This document shows positions 1 through 10,212 of a DNA stretch of 32,000 bases, in pieces. The notes below the pieces were generated by a model. It was not told the DNA's origin and did not search any database. It saw only the letters and a list, made by a program, of their open reading frames with translations. The position numbers and the translations under genes are program-made. Source of the DNA: Pseudomonas aeruginosa (lineage in GTDB: Bacteria; Pseudomonadota; Gammaproteobacteria; Pseudomonadales; Pseudomonadaceae); the NCBI RefSeq assembly GCF_001457615.1, contig NZ_LN831024.1, positions 4,470,001 to 4,502,000 of the forward strand, in the 5' to 3' direction. How positions within the stretch are numbered: position 1 is the first letter of the stretch; each line of letters opens with the position of its first letter.

Positions 1-988
1 CGGCGCCCGGCACACGCAGGGCGGCGACACGCCCCTTCGGATCGTTGGCCGGACCGGAGAAGACCTTGAACTCCACTTCCTTCAACTGGTCGGCGACGTC
101 CACCAACTCCAGCGGGATGCGCAGGTCGGGCTTGTCCGAACCGTAGCGGCGCATGGCCTCTTCGAACGGCATGTGCGGGAACTCGTCGAACTCGACATCC
201 AGCACTTCCTTGAACAGCTGGCGCACCATCTTCTCGGTGATGCCGATGATGTCGCTCTCGTCGAGGAAGCTGGTCTCGATGTCGATCTGGGTGAATTCCG
301 GCTGGCGGTCGGCACGCAGGTCCTCGTCACGGAAGCACTTGGCGATCTGGTAGTAGCGATCGAAGCCGGCGACCATCAGCAGTTGCTTGAACAACTGCGG
401 CGACTGCGGCAGGGCGAAGAAGTGGCCCGGGTAGGTACGGCTCGGCACCAGGTAGTCGCGCGCGCCTTCCGGCGTCGGCCGGCCGAGGATCGGGGTCTCG
501 ACGTCGAGGAAGCCGTTGTCGTCCAGGTAGCGGCGAATGCTGCTGGTGATGCGCGCGCGCAGCTTCAGCTTGGCGGCCATCTCCGGACGACGCAGGTCGA
601 TGAAGCGGTAGCGCAGGCGGGTTTCCTCGCCCACATCGGAGTATTCATCCAACGGGAACGGCGGAGTCTCGGCCTGGTTCAGCACTTCCAGTTCGTAGCC
701 CAGTACCTCGATGGAGCCAGACGCCATGTTCGGGTTGCGCGCGCCTTCAGGGCGCAGGCGCACCTTGCCGGTGATCTTCACCACGAACTCGCTGCGCACC
801 CGGTCGGCCTTGGCGAAGGTTTCCGCACGGTCCGGATCGAACACCACCTGGGCCAGCCCCTCGCGATCGCGCACATCGAGGAAGATCACTCCACCATGGT
901 CGCGGCGGCGGTGAACCCAACCGCAAAGGGTGACTTCCTGGCCGTCCAGGCTCTCGTTCAGTTGGCCGCAATAGTGGCTGCGCATCAT
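1..988 (-). CDS. aspS: Aspartyl-tRNA synthetase, N-terminal part (continues beyond window start)
   Basis: Reverse-strand translation from 988 begins [52 protein letters not shown] and continues open to base 1; typical AspRS anticodon-binding domain and class II core ([54 protein letters not shown]). Confidence 0.97.
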
Positions 989-1182
989 GGTGTGGTTCGC
1001 TTCTCGTAAGTCTTGGATTCTGTGGAGCCGCCGGCTGCCTGGCGACCATTGCCGGGCTCTCGCCGGCCCTGACCGAGCACCGGAACCATCGGTACGCCCC
1101 CGGAAGGACATCTCCCGCGCTGCCCGGTGAACGGCAACGGCGAAGCACCCGCATCCGGGCTCACTTCGCATTGAAGGCGGGG

Positions 1183-1211
1183 ATTATAGCCTGAAAAATC
1201 CATGGCTTGCA
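1183..1211 (-). promoter_or_regulatory. Putative sigma70-type promoter for aspS
   Basis: Reverse strand carries TATAAT (plus-strand ATTATA at 1183-1188) about 195 bp upstream of the aspS ATG, with only a weak -35 near 1206-1211. Confidence 0.4.
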
Positions 1212-1427
1212 GCCAGCCCCGCCGGCCTGTCACGCGGGAAGCCAGGCCGTTGAACGGAAGCATTTCGCCTCCCCCTGCGAACCATTCGCTTGACCGGGCA
1301 GTCGGAATAGATTCTCCCTATCGCCGCCTTTGACATAGACCAAGAGCGCTGGGAAAAACCCTGTGTTAGCCTCACTCCAACTGTTTCGGAGTGCCCCATT
1401 CACAAGGCCGACTGAAAGGAGAACGCC

Positions 1428-1898
1428 ATGGAAATCAATATCGGAATCGGCGAACAGGATCGCGCAGCCATTGCCGAGGGCCTGTCGCGGCTACTGGCCG
1501 ACACCTACACCCTCTACCTGAAAACCCACAACTTCCACTGGAACGTCACCGGCCCGATGTTCAACACGCTGCACCTGATGTTCGAAGGCCAGTACACCGA
1601 ACTGGCCGTTGCCGTAGACGACATCGCCGAGCGCATCCGGGCCCTGGGCTTCCCGGCGCCCGGCACCTACGCCGCCTACGCCCGCCTCTCGTCCATCAAG
1701 GAGGAGGAAGGCGTTCCGGAAGCCGAGGAGATGATCCGGCAACTGGTCCAGGGTCAGGAAGCCGTGGTGCGCACCGCCCGCAGCATCTTCCCGCTGCTGG
1801 ACAAGGTCAGCGACGAACCCACCGCCGACCTGCTCACCCAACGTATGCAGGTGCATGAAAAGACCGCCTGGATGTTGCGCAGCCTTCTTGCCAGCTGA
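1428..1898 (+). CDS. Dps/ferritin-like DNA-binding stress protein
   Basis: 156 aa, [74 protein letters not shown]: Dps-family ferroxidase motif ([28 protein letters not shown]). RBS AAAGGAG just upstream. Confidence 0.93.
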   Translation: MEINIGIGEQDRAAIAEGLSRLLADTYTLYLKTHNFHWNVTGPMFNTLHLMFEGQYTELAVAVDDIAERIRALGFPAPGTYAAYARLSSIKEEEGVPEAEEMIRQLVQGQEAVVRTARSIFPLLDKVSDEPTADLLTQRMQVHEKTAWMLRSLLAS

Positions 1899-2113
1899 TC
1901 GTCGATCGCTCGATAGAAAGCGGGGCCCGCCTCAGGGTCCCGCCCTCCCCCCTCCGGCGCCAACCGCTTGATTTGAGTAGCCTCCTGCTTTCCTGTTAAA
2001 TAGCCGCCGTGCGTCACGCGCATAGGCCGGCCGTCCTTCCGCACCTTTCGTTTCATGCACCGAAGCGCTGTCCGGCTACTTGATCGTTACCCCATCAAGG
2101 TGAACTCATTGAC

Positions 2114-2728
2114 ATGTTGAAAATCGTCCTTCTGGTCACGGGCGTCGCCGCCCTATTGCTGTCCTTCATTCCCAGCCTAAGAACCGAAGCCACACCCTTC
2201 CTGCAACATCCCGATGCCATCTACCTGGCCATTCTGGGCCTGATCAACCTGCTCTTCGCTCCCGTACTGCAATCGTCACATCCAACCCGCCCGCTGCAGG
2301 CCGGCGCAGCCGCCCTGCTGGTCCTGGGCGTCGTCCTGCAGGCACTGATCCTGCTGGCGCCGCTGCCGACCATCGCCGACCAGCCGGCGATCGTCCTGCC
2401 CCTGCTAAGCCTGGTGCTGGCCACGGCCCTGCAACTGGCGGGCAGCCTGAAACCCGGCAAACCGGTCTCGCGCAGCGCCAGCGCCCCGGCAGCCCTCGGC
2501 GGCAGCCAGGACAGCGGCAACCGGGAGACCGGTACCGTGAAGTGGTTCAACACCTCAAAAGGTTTCGGCTTCATTTCCCGCGATTCGGGCGAGGACATCT
2601 TCGTCCACTTCCGAGCGATTCGCGGCGAAGGCCACCGCATCCTCATCGAAGGCCAGCGCGTGGAGTTCTCGGTGGTACAACGGGACAAGGGCCTGCAGGC
2701 GGAAGACGTGATCGCCTCCCGCCGCTGA
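2114..2728 (+). CDS. Membrane protein with C-terminal cold-shock domain
   Basis: 204 aa; several N-terminal hydrophobic segments followed by [34 protein letters not shown], a canonical CSD with RNP1/RNP2 motifs. Confidence 0.9.
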   Translation: MLKIVLLVTGVAALLLSFIPSLRTEATPFLQHPDAIYLAILGLINLLFAPVLQSSHPTRPLQAGAAALLVLGVVLQALILLAPLPTIADQPAIVLPLLSLVLATALQLAGSLKPGKPVSRSASAPAALGGSQDSGNRETGTVKWFNTSKGFGFISRDSGEDIFVHFRAIRGEGHRILIEGQRVEFSVVQRDKGLQAEDVIASRR

Positions 2729-2744
2729 CCGCCGCGAAAAACAG

Positions 2745-2770
2745 AAAACCCGCCGAACGGCGGGTTTTTT
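2745..2770. terminator. Bidirectional intrinsic terminator
   Basis: AAAACCCGCCGAACGGCGGGTTTTTT between convergent genes. Confidence 0.85.
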
Positions 2771-2776
2771 GTGCAT

Positions 2777-2986
2777 TCAATAATGGGGAGGAGGCGCTTC
2801 GTCTTCCCCCGCCTCGCCCACCAGCCCCTGGACGTCTTCCAGACGCTTGATCAATGCCGCGACCTGAAGCTGCAGTCGCTCGATGCTGCGCTGCTGCTCG
2901 ACCACCACATCGTTGAGAGCCTGCAAAGTGTCATCCTGGAAAGCCTGGCGGCATTCCAGGTCATCCATGCGCGCGTCCAGCTCCAT
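2777..2986 (-). CDS. slyX: SlyX family protein
   Basis: 69 aa [52 protein letters not shown]...DEAPPPHY, typical SlyX coiled coil and PPPHY end. Confidence 0.88.
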   Translation of the reverse strand: MELDARMDDLECRQAFQDDTLQALNDVVVEQQRSIERLQLQVAALIKRLEDVQGLVGEAGEDEAPPPHY

Positions 2987-3415
2987 CTAGGCCTCCCCGG
3001 CAAAACGGAAGCCGTCGGTCAGCACCATCCGCAACTTGCCGCGGATCGCCTCGACCTGCTCGGAAGAATAAGGCCGAGCCGGATGGCGCCCCCAGACAGG
3101 GCCGGGCCAGGCGTCGTCACCACGTCGCCGGACGATCACGTGCATGTGAAGCTGGCTGACCACATTGCCCAGGTTAGCGACATTCATCTTGTCCGCACGG
3201 AAGGTGTCCTTGAGGACCTCTGCCAGCAGCGTGGCCTCGCGCCACAGCGCCTGCCGGTCATCGACATCGAGCTGGAACAGCTCGGTGACATCCTCCCGCC
3301 TCGGCACCAGGATGAACCACGGATAGCGGGCATCGTTCATCAGCAGCAGGCGGCTGAGGGGAAAGTCGCCGAGCAACAGGGTGTCCTGCTCCAGCCGGGG
3401 ATCCAAAGCGAACAT
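2987..3415 (-). CDS. HIT family protein
   Basis: Within the longer ORF 2987..3670, likely start at 3415 (MFALDPRLEQDTLLLGDFPLSRLLLMNDARYPWFILVPRR...); HIT motif HMHVIVRRRGD (VSQLHMHVIVRR). Confidence 0.85.
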   Translation of the reverse strand: MFALDPRLEQDTLLLGDFPLSRLLLMNDARYPWFILVPRREDVTELFQLDVDDRQALWREATLLAEVLKDTFRADKMNVANLGNVVSQLHMHVIVRRRGDDAWPGPVWGRHPARPYSSEQVEAIRGKLRMVLTDGFRFAGEA

Positions 3416-4133
3416 ACTGACCTCTCCTGTTCGACCGTCGTTCATGGACAGCTTAGCCCCTCCCTCCGGGAAGGGCCCCGCCGTAACTGCCGCGCAGGAT
3501 ACTTCGCCGCCCGGCCAAAGCAAGCCCACACATCCGCCCGCCCCAGCTTGGCGCGCCTCTCCAGCCGAACGCCCCATAAGATGCCGGCCAAATGAATACA
3601 GCGCGACGCCGAACATAAGACATGCCGTGGATACAAACGCATTCGCCACAGACAACTCGATGGCAACCAACCCTTGAAGCAGACGGATTACAATCAGGTT
3701 TCAAAGCATAATTCGTTTGCTTTCAAACAGAATAGCCTCGCTCTCGAAGAGACCAACTGGAATACATAGGCGAAGCCATTTTCCAATTTGTGCACGGAGT
3801 TTGCTTATACCTCTTTCATCACAGTAAGAGGGGCCGTACGGAACATGACATTTTTATTACAAGGCCCCGCCAATCGGAAAAAGCGACTTGAGAAGCGACC
3901 TCAACAAGAGTGACCAACCCCGCGACATACGTCATTTTTTCAACTGCGCACCTACGCAGATGCGACATGCGTCATGCAATTTTGCGACAGCACGGTAAAG
4001 AATCCGTCGCTTCGGAACCTCAACTATCGCCAAGAAACACTGCGTGCTATAAGTTAGCGCCGACAAGAAGAACTAGCCGTCACTGCGGCACTGTGATGGC
4101 AGAGATAATTTCAAAACCAAAGGAGCAATCACA

Positions 4134-5459
4134 ATGAAAGTGATGAAGTGGAGCGCCATTGCACTGGCGGTTTCCGCAGGTAGCACTCAGTTCGCCGTGG
4201 CCGACGCATTCGTCAGCGATCAGGCCGAAGCGAAGGGGTTCATCGAAGACAGCAGCCTGAACCTGCTGCTCCGCAACTACTATTTCAACCGTGACGGCAA
4301 GGAAGGTCGGGGTGATCGCGTCGATTGGACCCAGGGCTTCCTCACCACCTACGAATCCGGCTTCACTCAAGGCACCGTGGGCTTCGGCGTCGATGCCTTC
4401 GGCTACCTGGGCCTGAAGCTCGACGGCACCTCCGACAAGACCGGCACCGGCAACCTGCCGGTGATGAACGACGGCAAGCCGCGCGATGACTACAGCCGCG
4501 CCGGCGGCGCCGTGAAGGTGCGCATCTCCAAGACCATGCTGAAGTGGGGCGAGATGCAACCGACCGCCCCGGTCTTCGCCGCTGGCGGCAGCCGCCTGTT
4601 CCCGCAGACCGCGACCGGCTTCCAGCTGCAGAGCAGCGAATTCGAAGGGCTCGACCTCGAGGCAGGCCACTTCACCGAGGGCAAGGAGCCGACCACCGTC
4701 AAATCGCGCGGTGAGCTCTACGCCACCTACGCCGGCCAGACAGCCAAGAGCGCCGACTTCGCTGGCGGCCGCTACGCGATCACCGACAACCTCAGCGCCT
4801 CCCTCTATGGCGCAGAGCTGAAAGACATCTATCGCCAGTACTACCTGAACACCAACTACACCATCCCGCTGGCCTCCGATCAATCGCTGGGCTTCGACTT
4901 CAACATCTACCGCACCACCGACGAAGGCAAGTCCAAGGCTGGCGACATCAGCAACACCACCTGGTCCCTGGCGGGCGCGTATACCCTGGACGCCCACACC
5001 TTCACCCTGGCCTACCAGCAGGTGCATGGCGACGAGCCGTTCGACTACATCGGCTTCGGCGGCAACGGTTCCGGCGCCGGCGGCGACTCGATCTTCCTCG
5101 CCAACTCCGTCCAGTACTCCGACTTCAACGGTCCTGGCGAGAAATCCTGGCAGGCCCGCTACGACCTGAACCTGGCCTCCTACGGCGTTCCTGGCCTGAC
5201 CTTCATGCTGCGTTACATCAATGGTAAGGACATCGACGGTACCAAGGTCGATTCCAGCTCCTCCTATGCAGGCCTGTACGGCGAGGATGGCAAGCACCAC
5301 GAAACCAACCTCGAAGCCAAGTACGTGGTCCAGTCCGGTCCGGCCAAGGACCTGTCGTTCCGCATCCGCCAGGCCTGGCACCGTGCCAACGCCGACCAGG
5401 GCGAAGGCGACCAGAACGAGTTCCGCCTGATCGTCGACTATCCGCTGTCGATCCTGTAA
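4134..5459 (+). CDS. oprD: OprD outer membrane porin (basic amino acid / carbapenem uptake)
   Basis: 441 aa beginning MKVMKWSAIALAVSAGSTQFAVADAFVSDQAEAKGFIEDSSLNLLLRNYYFN and ending RLIVDYPLSIL; full-length without premature stop. Confidence 0.97.
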   Translation: MKVMKWSAIALAVSAGSTQFAVADAFVSDQAEAKGFIEDSSLNLLLRNYYFNRDGKEGRGDRVDWTQGFLTTYESGFTQGTVGFGVDAFGYLGLKLDGTSDKTGTGNLPVMNDGKPRDDYSRAGGAVKVRISKTMLKWGEMQPTAPVFAAGGSRLFPQTATGFQLQSSEFEGLDLEAGHFTEGKEPTTVKSRGELYATYAGQTAKSADFAGGRYAITDNLSASLYGAELKDIYRQYYLNTNYTIPLASDQSLGFDFNIYRTTDEGKSKAGDISNTTWSLAGAYTLDAHTFTLAYQQVHGDEPFDYIGFGGNGSGAGGDSIFLANSVQYSDFNGPGEKSWQARYDLNLASYGVPGLTFMLRYINGKDIDGTKVDSSSSYAGLYGEDGKHHETNLEAKYVVQSGPAKDLSFRIRQAWHRANADQGEGDQNEFRLIVDYPLSIL

Positions 5460-5476
5460 TCGACCGACAGGCAACG

Positions 5477-5507
5477 AAAAAACCCGGCATCGCCGGGTTT
5501 TTTCTTC
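5477..5507. terminator. Intrinsic terminator between convergent oprD and thioesterase gene
   Basis: AAAAAACCCGGCATCGCCGGGTTTTTTCTTC. Confidence 0.85.
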
Positions 5508-5522
5508 TTGGCGGCAACGCGC

Positions 5523-5930
5523 CTATAAAGGAAGGGCGTAGGTACCGGTGACATGGGCCACCAGGTCTTCCTCATTACTCTGCGAAAACACCCCGACCTC
5601 GCAGACGACCTGGCGCCGCCCCAGCTTGAGGATGCTCGCCTCGGCCAACAGGTCCTCGGGCCTGGGCTTGCTGAGGAAGTTGATGTTCAGGTTCGAGGTC
5701 ACGGCCATCTCGACCGCCCCGAGACGCCCGAGAATGACCGCGTACATCGCCGCGTCGGCCAGCGCCATGATGGTCGGGCCGGACAGCGTTCCACCGGGAC
5801 GCACCAGCTTGCCGTGAAAAGGTATGCGCGCCAGCGCATGTCGTTCGTCGAGACGCTCGACACGAAAATCGATGTCCTCGGCCATGGGCAGCCCCATGCG
5901 GATCAACGCCTGTACCTGCGTCGCGTTCAT
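5523..5930 (-). CDS. PaaI-like/hotdog-fold thioesterase
   Basis: ORF 5523..6035; GAGGAG RBS precedes ATG at 5930 (MNATQVQALIRMGLPMAEDIDFRVERLDERHALARIPFHGKLVRPGGTLSGPTIMALADAAMYAVILGRLG); GGTLSGPTIMALADAAMY is the hotdog motif. Confidence 0.85.
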   Translation of the reverse strand: MNATQVQALIRMGLPMAEDIDFRVERLDERHALARIPFHGKLVRPGGTLSGPTIMALADAAMYAVILGRLGAVEMAVTSNLNINFLSKPRPEDLLAEASILKLGRRQVVCEVGVFSQSNEEDLVAHVTGTYALPL

Positions 5931-6037
5931 TGCCTGCTGACTCCTCATCATCGATGGCCGGCGCCCTGTACGCAGCCAGACCGGCACCGTACAATGCCCA
6001 GCCATTCCTCCCGATACAACCGACATAACGGCCAAAG

Positions 6038-7753
6038 ATGCGTACCAGTCAGTATCTGCTTTCCACGCTCAAAGAAACCCCCGCCGACGCGGTGGTAATC
6101 AGCCATCAACTGCTGCTTCGCGCCGGCATGATCCGTCGCCTGGCCTCGGGTCTCTACACCTGGCTGCCAATGGGCCTGCGGGTACTGCGCAAGGTCGAGA
6201 CCATCGTCCGCGAGGAAATGAACGCTGCCGGCGCCCTGGAAGTGCTGATGCCGGCGGTGCAGCCGGCCGAGCTGTGGCAGGAGTCGGGGCGCTGGGAGCA
6301 ATACGGCCCTGAGCTGCTGCGCCTGAAGGACCGCCACGAGCGCGAATTCTGCGTAGGCCCAACCCACGAAGAAGTGATCACCGACCTCGCGCGCAACGAG
6401 CTGAACAGCTACAAGCAACTGCCGATCAACTTCTATCAGATCCAGACCAAGTTCCGCGATGAGATCCGCCCGCGCTTCGGCCTGATGCGCGGACGCGAAT
6501 TCATCATGAAGGACGCCTATTCCTTCCACCTGAGCCAGGACTCGCTGCAGCAGACCTACGACGGGATGTACCAGGCGTACAGCAAGATCTTCTCCCGCCT
6601 CGGCCTGGATTTCCGTCCCGTGCAAGCCGACAACGGCTCCATCGGCGGCAGCGGCTCCCATGAGTTCCACGTGCTGGCCAACTCCGGCGAGGACGATATC
6701 GTCTTCAGCGACAGCTCCGACTACGCCGCGAACATCGAGAAGGCCGAAGCCGTGCCGCGCGAGAGCGCCCGCGGCAGCGCCACCGAGGACATGCGCCTGG
6801 TCGACACGCCCAACACCAAGACCATCGCGGCCCTGGTGGACGGCTTCCAGCTACCGATCGAGAAAACCATCAAGACCCTGGTGGTGCATGGCGCCGAAGA
6901 AGGCACCCTGGTCGCCCTGATCGTCCGCGGTGATCACGAGCTCAACGAAATCAAGGCCGCCAACCAGCCGCTGGTCGCCAGCCCGCTGGTATTCGCTTCG
7001 GAGGCCGAGATCCGTGCCGCCATCGGCGCCGGCCCCGGCTCGCTGGGCCCGGTCAACCTGCCGATCGCCTGCATCGTCGACCGCTCCGTCGCCCTGATGA
7101 GCGATTTCGCCGCTGGCGCCAACATCGAGGACAAGCACTACTTCGGCGTGAACTGGGAGCGCGACCTGCCGCTGCCCGAGGTCGCCGACCTGCGCAATGT
7201 CGTCGAAGGCGACCCCAGCCCGGACGGCAAGGGCACCCTGGTGATCAAGCGCGGCATCGAGGTCGGTCATATCTTCCAGCTTGGCACCAAGTACAGCGAA
7301 GCGATGAAGCTGAGCGTCCTGAGCGAACAGGGCAAGCCGGTCAACCTGATCATGGGCTGCTACGGCATCGGCGTATCCCGCGTGGTCGCCGCCGCCATCG
7401 AGCAGAACCATGACGAGCGCGGCATTCTCTGGCCAAGCGCACTGGCGCCGTTCCAGATCGCCCTGGTACCGCTGAAGTACGAAACCGAGAGCGTCAAGCA
7501 GGCGACCGACAAGCTCTATGCCGAGCTGACCGCAGCCGGTTTCGAAGTGCTGCTGGACGATCGCGACAAGAAGACCAGCCCCGGGGTGAAGTTCGCCGAC
7601 ATGGAGCTGATCGGCATTCCCCACCGCATCGTGATCAGCGACCGCGGCCTCAGCGAAGGCGTCCTGGAATACAAGGGCCGCCGCGACAGCGAGTCGCAGA
7701 ACCTGCCGATCGGCGAACTGATGTCGTTCATCACCGAAAAACTCAGCCGCTGA
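6038..7753 (+). CDS. proS: Prolyl-tRNA synthetase
   Basis: 571 aa, [54 protein letters not shown]; [13 protein letters not shown], editing domain, [18 protein letters not shown]. Confidence 0.98.
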   Translation: MRTSQYLLSTLKETPADAVVISHQLLLRAGMIRRLASGLYTWLPMGLRVLRKVETIVREEMNAAGALEVLMPAVQPAELWQESGRWEQYGPELLRLKDRHEREFCVGPTHEEVITDLARNELNSYKQLPINFYQIQTKFRDEIRPRFGLMRGREFIMKDAYSFHLSQDSLQQTYDGMYQAYSKIFSRLGLDFRPVQADNGSIGGSGSHEFHVLANSGEDDIVFSDSSDYAANIEKAEAVPRESARGSATEDMRLVDTPNTKTIAALVDGFQLPIEKTIKTLVVHGAEEGTLVALIVRGDHELNEIKAANQPLVASPLVFASEAEIRAAIGAGPGSLGPVNLPIACIVDRSVALMSDFAAGANIEDKHYFGVNWERDLPLPEVADLRNVVEGDPSPDGKGTLVIKRGIEVGHIFQLGTKYSEAMKLSVLSEQGKPVNLIMGCYGIGVSRVVAAAIEQNHDERGILWPSALAPFQIALVPLKYETESVKQATDKLYAELTAAGFEVLLDDRDKKTSPGVKFADMELIGIPHRIVISDRGLSEGVLEYKGRRDSESQNLPIGELMSFITEKLSR

Positions 7754-7761
7754 GCGTAACG

Positions 7762-8718
7762 ATGCCCACCGGAAGACCCCTGCGCCTATTCGCCGCCGCC
7801 CTGTGCGGCGGCCTTCTGCTGAGCGGCTGCGCCAACCAGTTGCCGCAGCGTAGCGAGCATGAGGAGCGCGTCGAGCGGAAGCTGCTCGAACACACCCTGC
7901 AAGTCGATGTCGGCCAGCCCGATGTGCTCGAACTGCCGCAGCGCCGGGTCCGGATCAACGACCAGAAGTCCTTCGAGGTCACCGAGTTCGAGGTGACGCG
8001 CCGTTACGACCGCTATACGCCGTACCAGGCCTGGCGGGAGATCTACGAGATCCCGTTGGGCGCGGTGGCGCTGGTGGCCGGCGTCGGAGCGAACATCGTC
8101 AACGTGGTGACCTTCGGCAGCGTACCGGACAACATCACCCACGGCTGGATCAACTACGGACTGGCCGGGGTGAATCCGTTCATGAACGTGGAATCCAACG
8201 GTCGCGCCGAACAGAATCTCGCGAGCATCGACGAGAAACAGCGCGACAAGCGCCTGGAATACTCCAGCCTGCCCTGGGCGGAGCGTCCGGTCCTGGTCAG
8301 TTCCGGCAAGGAACTCAACGAACTGCTTACCGACCGTCATGGCGTGCTGCGCCTCAACCTGCTCGACAGCCCCTTCGCCGAACAGGACATCAGCCGCATC
8401 TCGCAGATACACCTTTCGGTGAGCGACCCACAGGATGGTACCCGCGCCGATGCCAGCCTCCGCGTCAGCCGCAGCCTGCGCGGCAAGCTCCTGGAAGCTC
8501 ACGCCCTGATCTATGACGACCTGGAAGGCGATGACGTCCACCACTGGGTCCATCGGGTGAAACGCCTCGCGGAGCTGGGCCTGGAAGAAGAAGCCAGCGA
8601 ACTGGAACAGAGCCTGATCGAGCTCACGCGCAACGACCCCGAACTGCAGCAGCAGTTTATGCATGCCCTGCTCCGGGATGCCGGTCGCCTGGCCGCGGAC
8701 CCTGGCGAGACGCCCTGA
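7762..8718 (+). CDS. Predicted lipoprotein, conserved hypothetical
   Basis: 318 aa with signal/lipobox MPTGRPLRLFAAALCGGLLLSGCANQ. Confidence 0.8.
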   Translation: MPTGRPLRLFAAALCGGLLLSGCANQLPQRSEHEERVERKLLEHTLQVDVGQPDVLELPQRRVRINDQKSFEVTEFEVTRRYDRYTPYQAWREIYEIPLGAVALVAGVGANIVNVVTFGSVPDNITHGWINYGLAGVNPFMNVESNGRAEQNLASIDEKQRDKRLEYSSLPWAERPVLVSSGKELNELLTDRHGVLRLNLLDSPFAEQDISRISQIHLSVSDPQDGTRADASLRVSRSLRGKLLEAHALIYDDLEGDDVHHWVHRVKRLAELGLEEEASELEQSLIELTRNDPELQQQFMHALLRDAGRLAADPGETP

Positions 8719-8734
8719 CGGCGAACTCGCCTCG

Positions 8735-9010
8735 TCAGCGACGGACGACGAAGCCAGCGATCCCCTGCAGCGGCATTTGCTCGACCTCGACCGCAGAGAC
8801 CTCCGCGTGCCGCGGGCCCCGCCCCAGCCATCGCTCCAGGGCTTTCGCCCGGTCCTCCTCGCCCTCCCAGACGACTTCGACACGCCCGTCATCCAGGTTT
8901 CGCACCCAACCGTCGAGTTCGAGGCGATCAGCCTCTTCCCGGGTCGCCTGACGGAAACCGACGCCCTGTACCCGGCCGCCGACATAGGCATGCAAGCAGA
9001 TCCTCGCCAT
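8735..9010 (-). CDS. Acylphosphatase
   Basis: 91 aa; GRVQGVGFRQATREEADRLELDGWVRNLDDGRVEVVWEG is the acylphosphatase signature. Confidence 0.95.
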   Translation of the reverse strand: MARICLHAYVGGRVQGVGFRQATREEADRLELDGWVRNLDDGRVEVVWEGEEDRAKALERWLGRGPRHAEVSAVEVEQMPLQGIAGFVVRR

Positions 9011-9474
9011 CAGCGTCCCTCCCGCAAAGCCTCGAGCTGTTTCAATATGCCATCGGCCGTCTGCTCGCCCAGCAGACGCTGACGCATTTCCCCCCGAGCA
9101 TCGACGATATAGGTGACGGGCAACGCTTCGCTGCGAGGGAGCTTGAAGCGAGGCGCCGGATCATCGGCCAGCACGGTGAAGCGAATCCCCATGCCATCGG
9201 CCGACTTCTTCAACTCGGCATCGCGCAGGCCATCGAAATTCACGCCAATGACGCGCCCGCCCTGCCCTTCCAGCACCTGCGCAAGGCGATTCATCTCCGG
9301 AATCTCGGTCCGGCAGGGCGCGCACCAGTCAGCCCAGTAATTGACCACCAGCCAATGCCCGTCCAACTGCTCCGCAGCGACAGGACGCCCGTCCTGGTCG
9401 ACTCCGTAATCCGCCGAACAGCCCGCGAGAAACAACACCGCAGCAGCGCCCAGCGGGCGTAGCCAACTCCCCAT
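9010..9474 (-). CDS. TlpA/thioredoxin-like lipoprotein
   Basis: 154 aa; lipobox FLAGCSADY, redox motif WADWCAPCRTEIPEMNRLAQ. Confidence 0.93.
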   Translation of the reverse strand: MGSWLRPLGAAAVLFLAGCSADYGVDQDGRPVAAEQLDGHWLVVNYWADWCAPCRTEIPEMNRLAQVLEGQGGRVIGVNFDGLRDAELKKSADGMGIRFTVLADDPAPRFKLPRSEALPVTYIVDARGEMRQRLLGEQTADGILKQLEALREGR

Positions 9475-9671
9475 GTCAGGAACCTCTCGAGTCAGGAAAA
9501 CTTCGGCCGGACCAGGGCAACCCGGCGCGGCACTATGGCGAGACCTTACTGGAAGCCATCCACCTCTGCAAAACCGAGTGGAGACGAATATGGGAAGAAG
9601 AAGCCCCGATACTTCCTACAAGGCACAAAGTGCGAGAAGAGTCACGACGATCGCCGTCGAACCGCACAGTT

Positions 9672-9697
9672 TGACGCAAAGGACCACCCCTATAATC
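9672..9697 (+). promoter_or_regulatory. Possible sigma70 promoter in the thioredoxin/PA0952-like intergenic region
   Basis: TTGACG (9672-9677) and perfect TATAAT (9692-9697); 14-bp spacer is short, so the -35 may be different or weak. Confidence 0.4.
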
Positions 9698-9818
9698 CGC
9701 GTGCCACACACGACACGACGACTCAACCGGCCGTATGCCCAGGCATCGGCAGGATCGACTTGGGGAGAAGTCGAGAGCGACGAGTCCGAAGCCCTTTTAA
9801 ACGGACACACTGCTGCTT

Positions 9819-10202
9819 ATGAAAGACCATCTGATCGGAAGCGTCCCCGCACACCTGGTGGATGCCGCACGCCCGACCCTGACAGCCCACGAGGGCCTGG
9901 TCGCGGACTACAACTTTGCCGCCTGGCTACATCTTCCGGATGCCTGCGACCTGCTGGTGTCACTGGTGGTCAGCTATCTGGATGGCGGGCGCCAGCGCGA
10001 AGTGGCGGTGGATCACGGACGAATCGACCGCCAGCAACGCATCCTGCTTTCCGGCATTGCCCGCCTGCCCGTACGGCAGAAAGTGGAGAACATGCAGGTA
10101 CGCCTGAAGTCGGCGACGGCCTTTTCCCGACTGGTCGTGGAGGAGTTCTTCGTACAAGCGGTGGAGCAGGAAAACAGGTCCCAGCAGGTGTCCGAAGCTT
10201 GA
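9819..10202 (+). CDS. Conserved hypothetical protein (127 aa)
   Basis: MKDHLIGSVPAHLVDAARPTLTAHEGLVADYNFAAWLHLPDACDLLVSLVVSYLDGG...; matches my recollection of a small PA0952-like gene; strong reading-frame bias. Confidence 0.65.
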   Translation: MKDHLIGSVPAHLVDAARPTLTAHEGLVADYNFAAWLHLPDACDLLVSLVVSYLDGGRQREVAVDHGRIDRQQRILLSGIARLPVRQKVENMQVRLKSATAFSRLVVEEFFVQAVEQENRSQQVSEA

Positions 10203-10212
10203 GCCGGATCGC

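Noticed and set aside
4080-5474. 464-aa minus-strand ORF opposite oprD
   Set aside because: Antisense shadow of the well-supported oprD gene; composition shows no recognisable domain.
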